DNA of 6,947 nt from Octopus sinensis (taxonomy: Eukaryota): the NCBI RefSeq assembly GCF_006345805.1, contig NW_021829162.1:1-6947 (forward strand), given 5' to 3'. Positions 6,491-6,947 of the stretch are shown piece by piece; the first letter of the stretch is position 1; each line of letters opens with the position of its first letter. The position numbers were made by a program, and so were the translations under genes. The notes under the pieces are model-generated. The model saw only the letters and a list, made by a program, of their open reading frames with translations, was not told the DNA's origin and did not search any database.

Positions 6491-6947
6491 AAAAATGACA
6501 GAGTGGGAAAGAGTTTCACAAAGGGTGGGGGGCGGGACCTGAAGTAGAGAAATTTATCGAAGTGTAAAAGATGATGTTCGGAAATTAGAGTAAGTGATAG
6601 TGAATGGAAGAAAAACTGACAGAACTCTAAAGACAAATACGAAAATTAATGAAGTATGTGATTGAATCAGCGAAAATAATGAAATTTGACTGGATGATTA
6701 AGGAAGATAGGCGTCGATATTTCATATATACAACAAGTATTTTTAAATCAGCCAAATGCAGAGATTCTTAGCTGCAAAGAAATCGCATAGAGAAGATGAA
6801 GATTTTGAGAAAAACTTATTACTGAATGTGAAATGGAAAGATAAAGTAACAATAGGTAACGTTGAGGGCAAAACTGTAGGTTAAAACGGAAAGATTAATA
6901 AGAATTACCAACAGAAAACTGAAATCAACCTCGTTTTTCAACGGGTA

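Noticed and set aside
6523-6537. GGGTGGGGGGCGGGA GC-box/G4-like motif
   Set aside because: Single short motif with no promoter context or CpG island; not supportable as regulatory.

Overview
Eukaryotic, AT-rich, non-genic DNA packed with (TA)n, (CA/TG)n, (TATG)n, (GATA/GACA)n and (GA)n microsatellites. The repeat style and the SINE resemble cephalopod (Octopus-like) DNA; this is inference from recall, not a database result. No intact host gene is supported, and almost all ORFs in the track are microsatellite or antisense shadows. The main feature is a 5'-truncated L1/Tx1-group non-LTR retrotransposon on the minus strand (~4432-5986). It has one 369-codon ORF2 C-terminal frame with three premature stops, a CCHC zinc knuckle and a 3' UTR ending in AATAAA without a poly(A) tail. 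Two much shorter copies of the same 3' end (6071-6258, 6407-6440) are stacked head-to-tail with it, and all six junctions fall in (GATA)n or (GA)n tracts, suggesting a microsatellite-targeting element. Also present are a tRNA-derived SINE (2241-~2494), a probable Helentron-type non-autonomous 3' end (~1155-1276), two clusters of degenerate hammerhead-like motifs (1025-1105 minus, 1377-1452 plus) and a G17 run.
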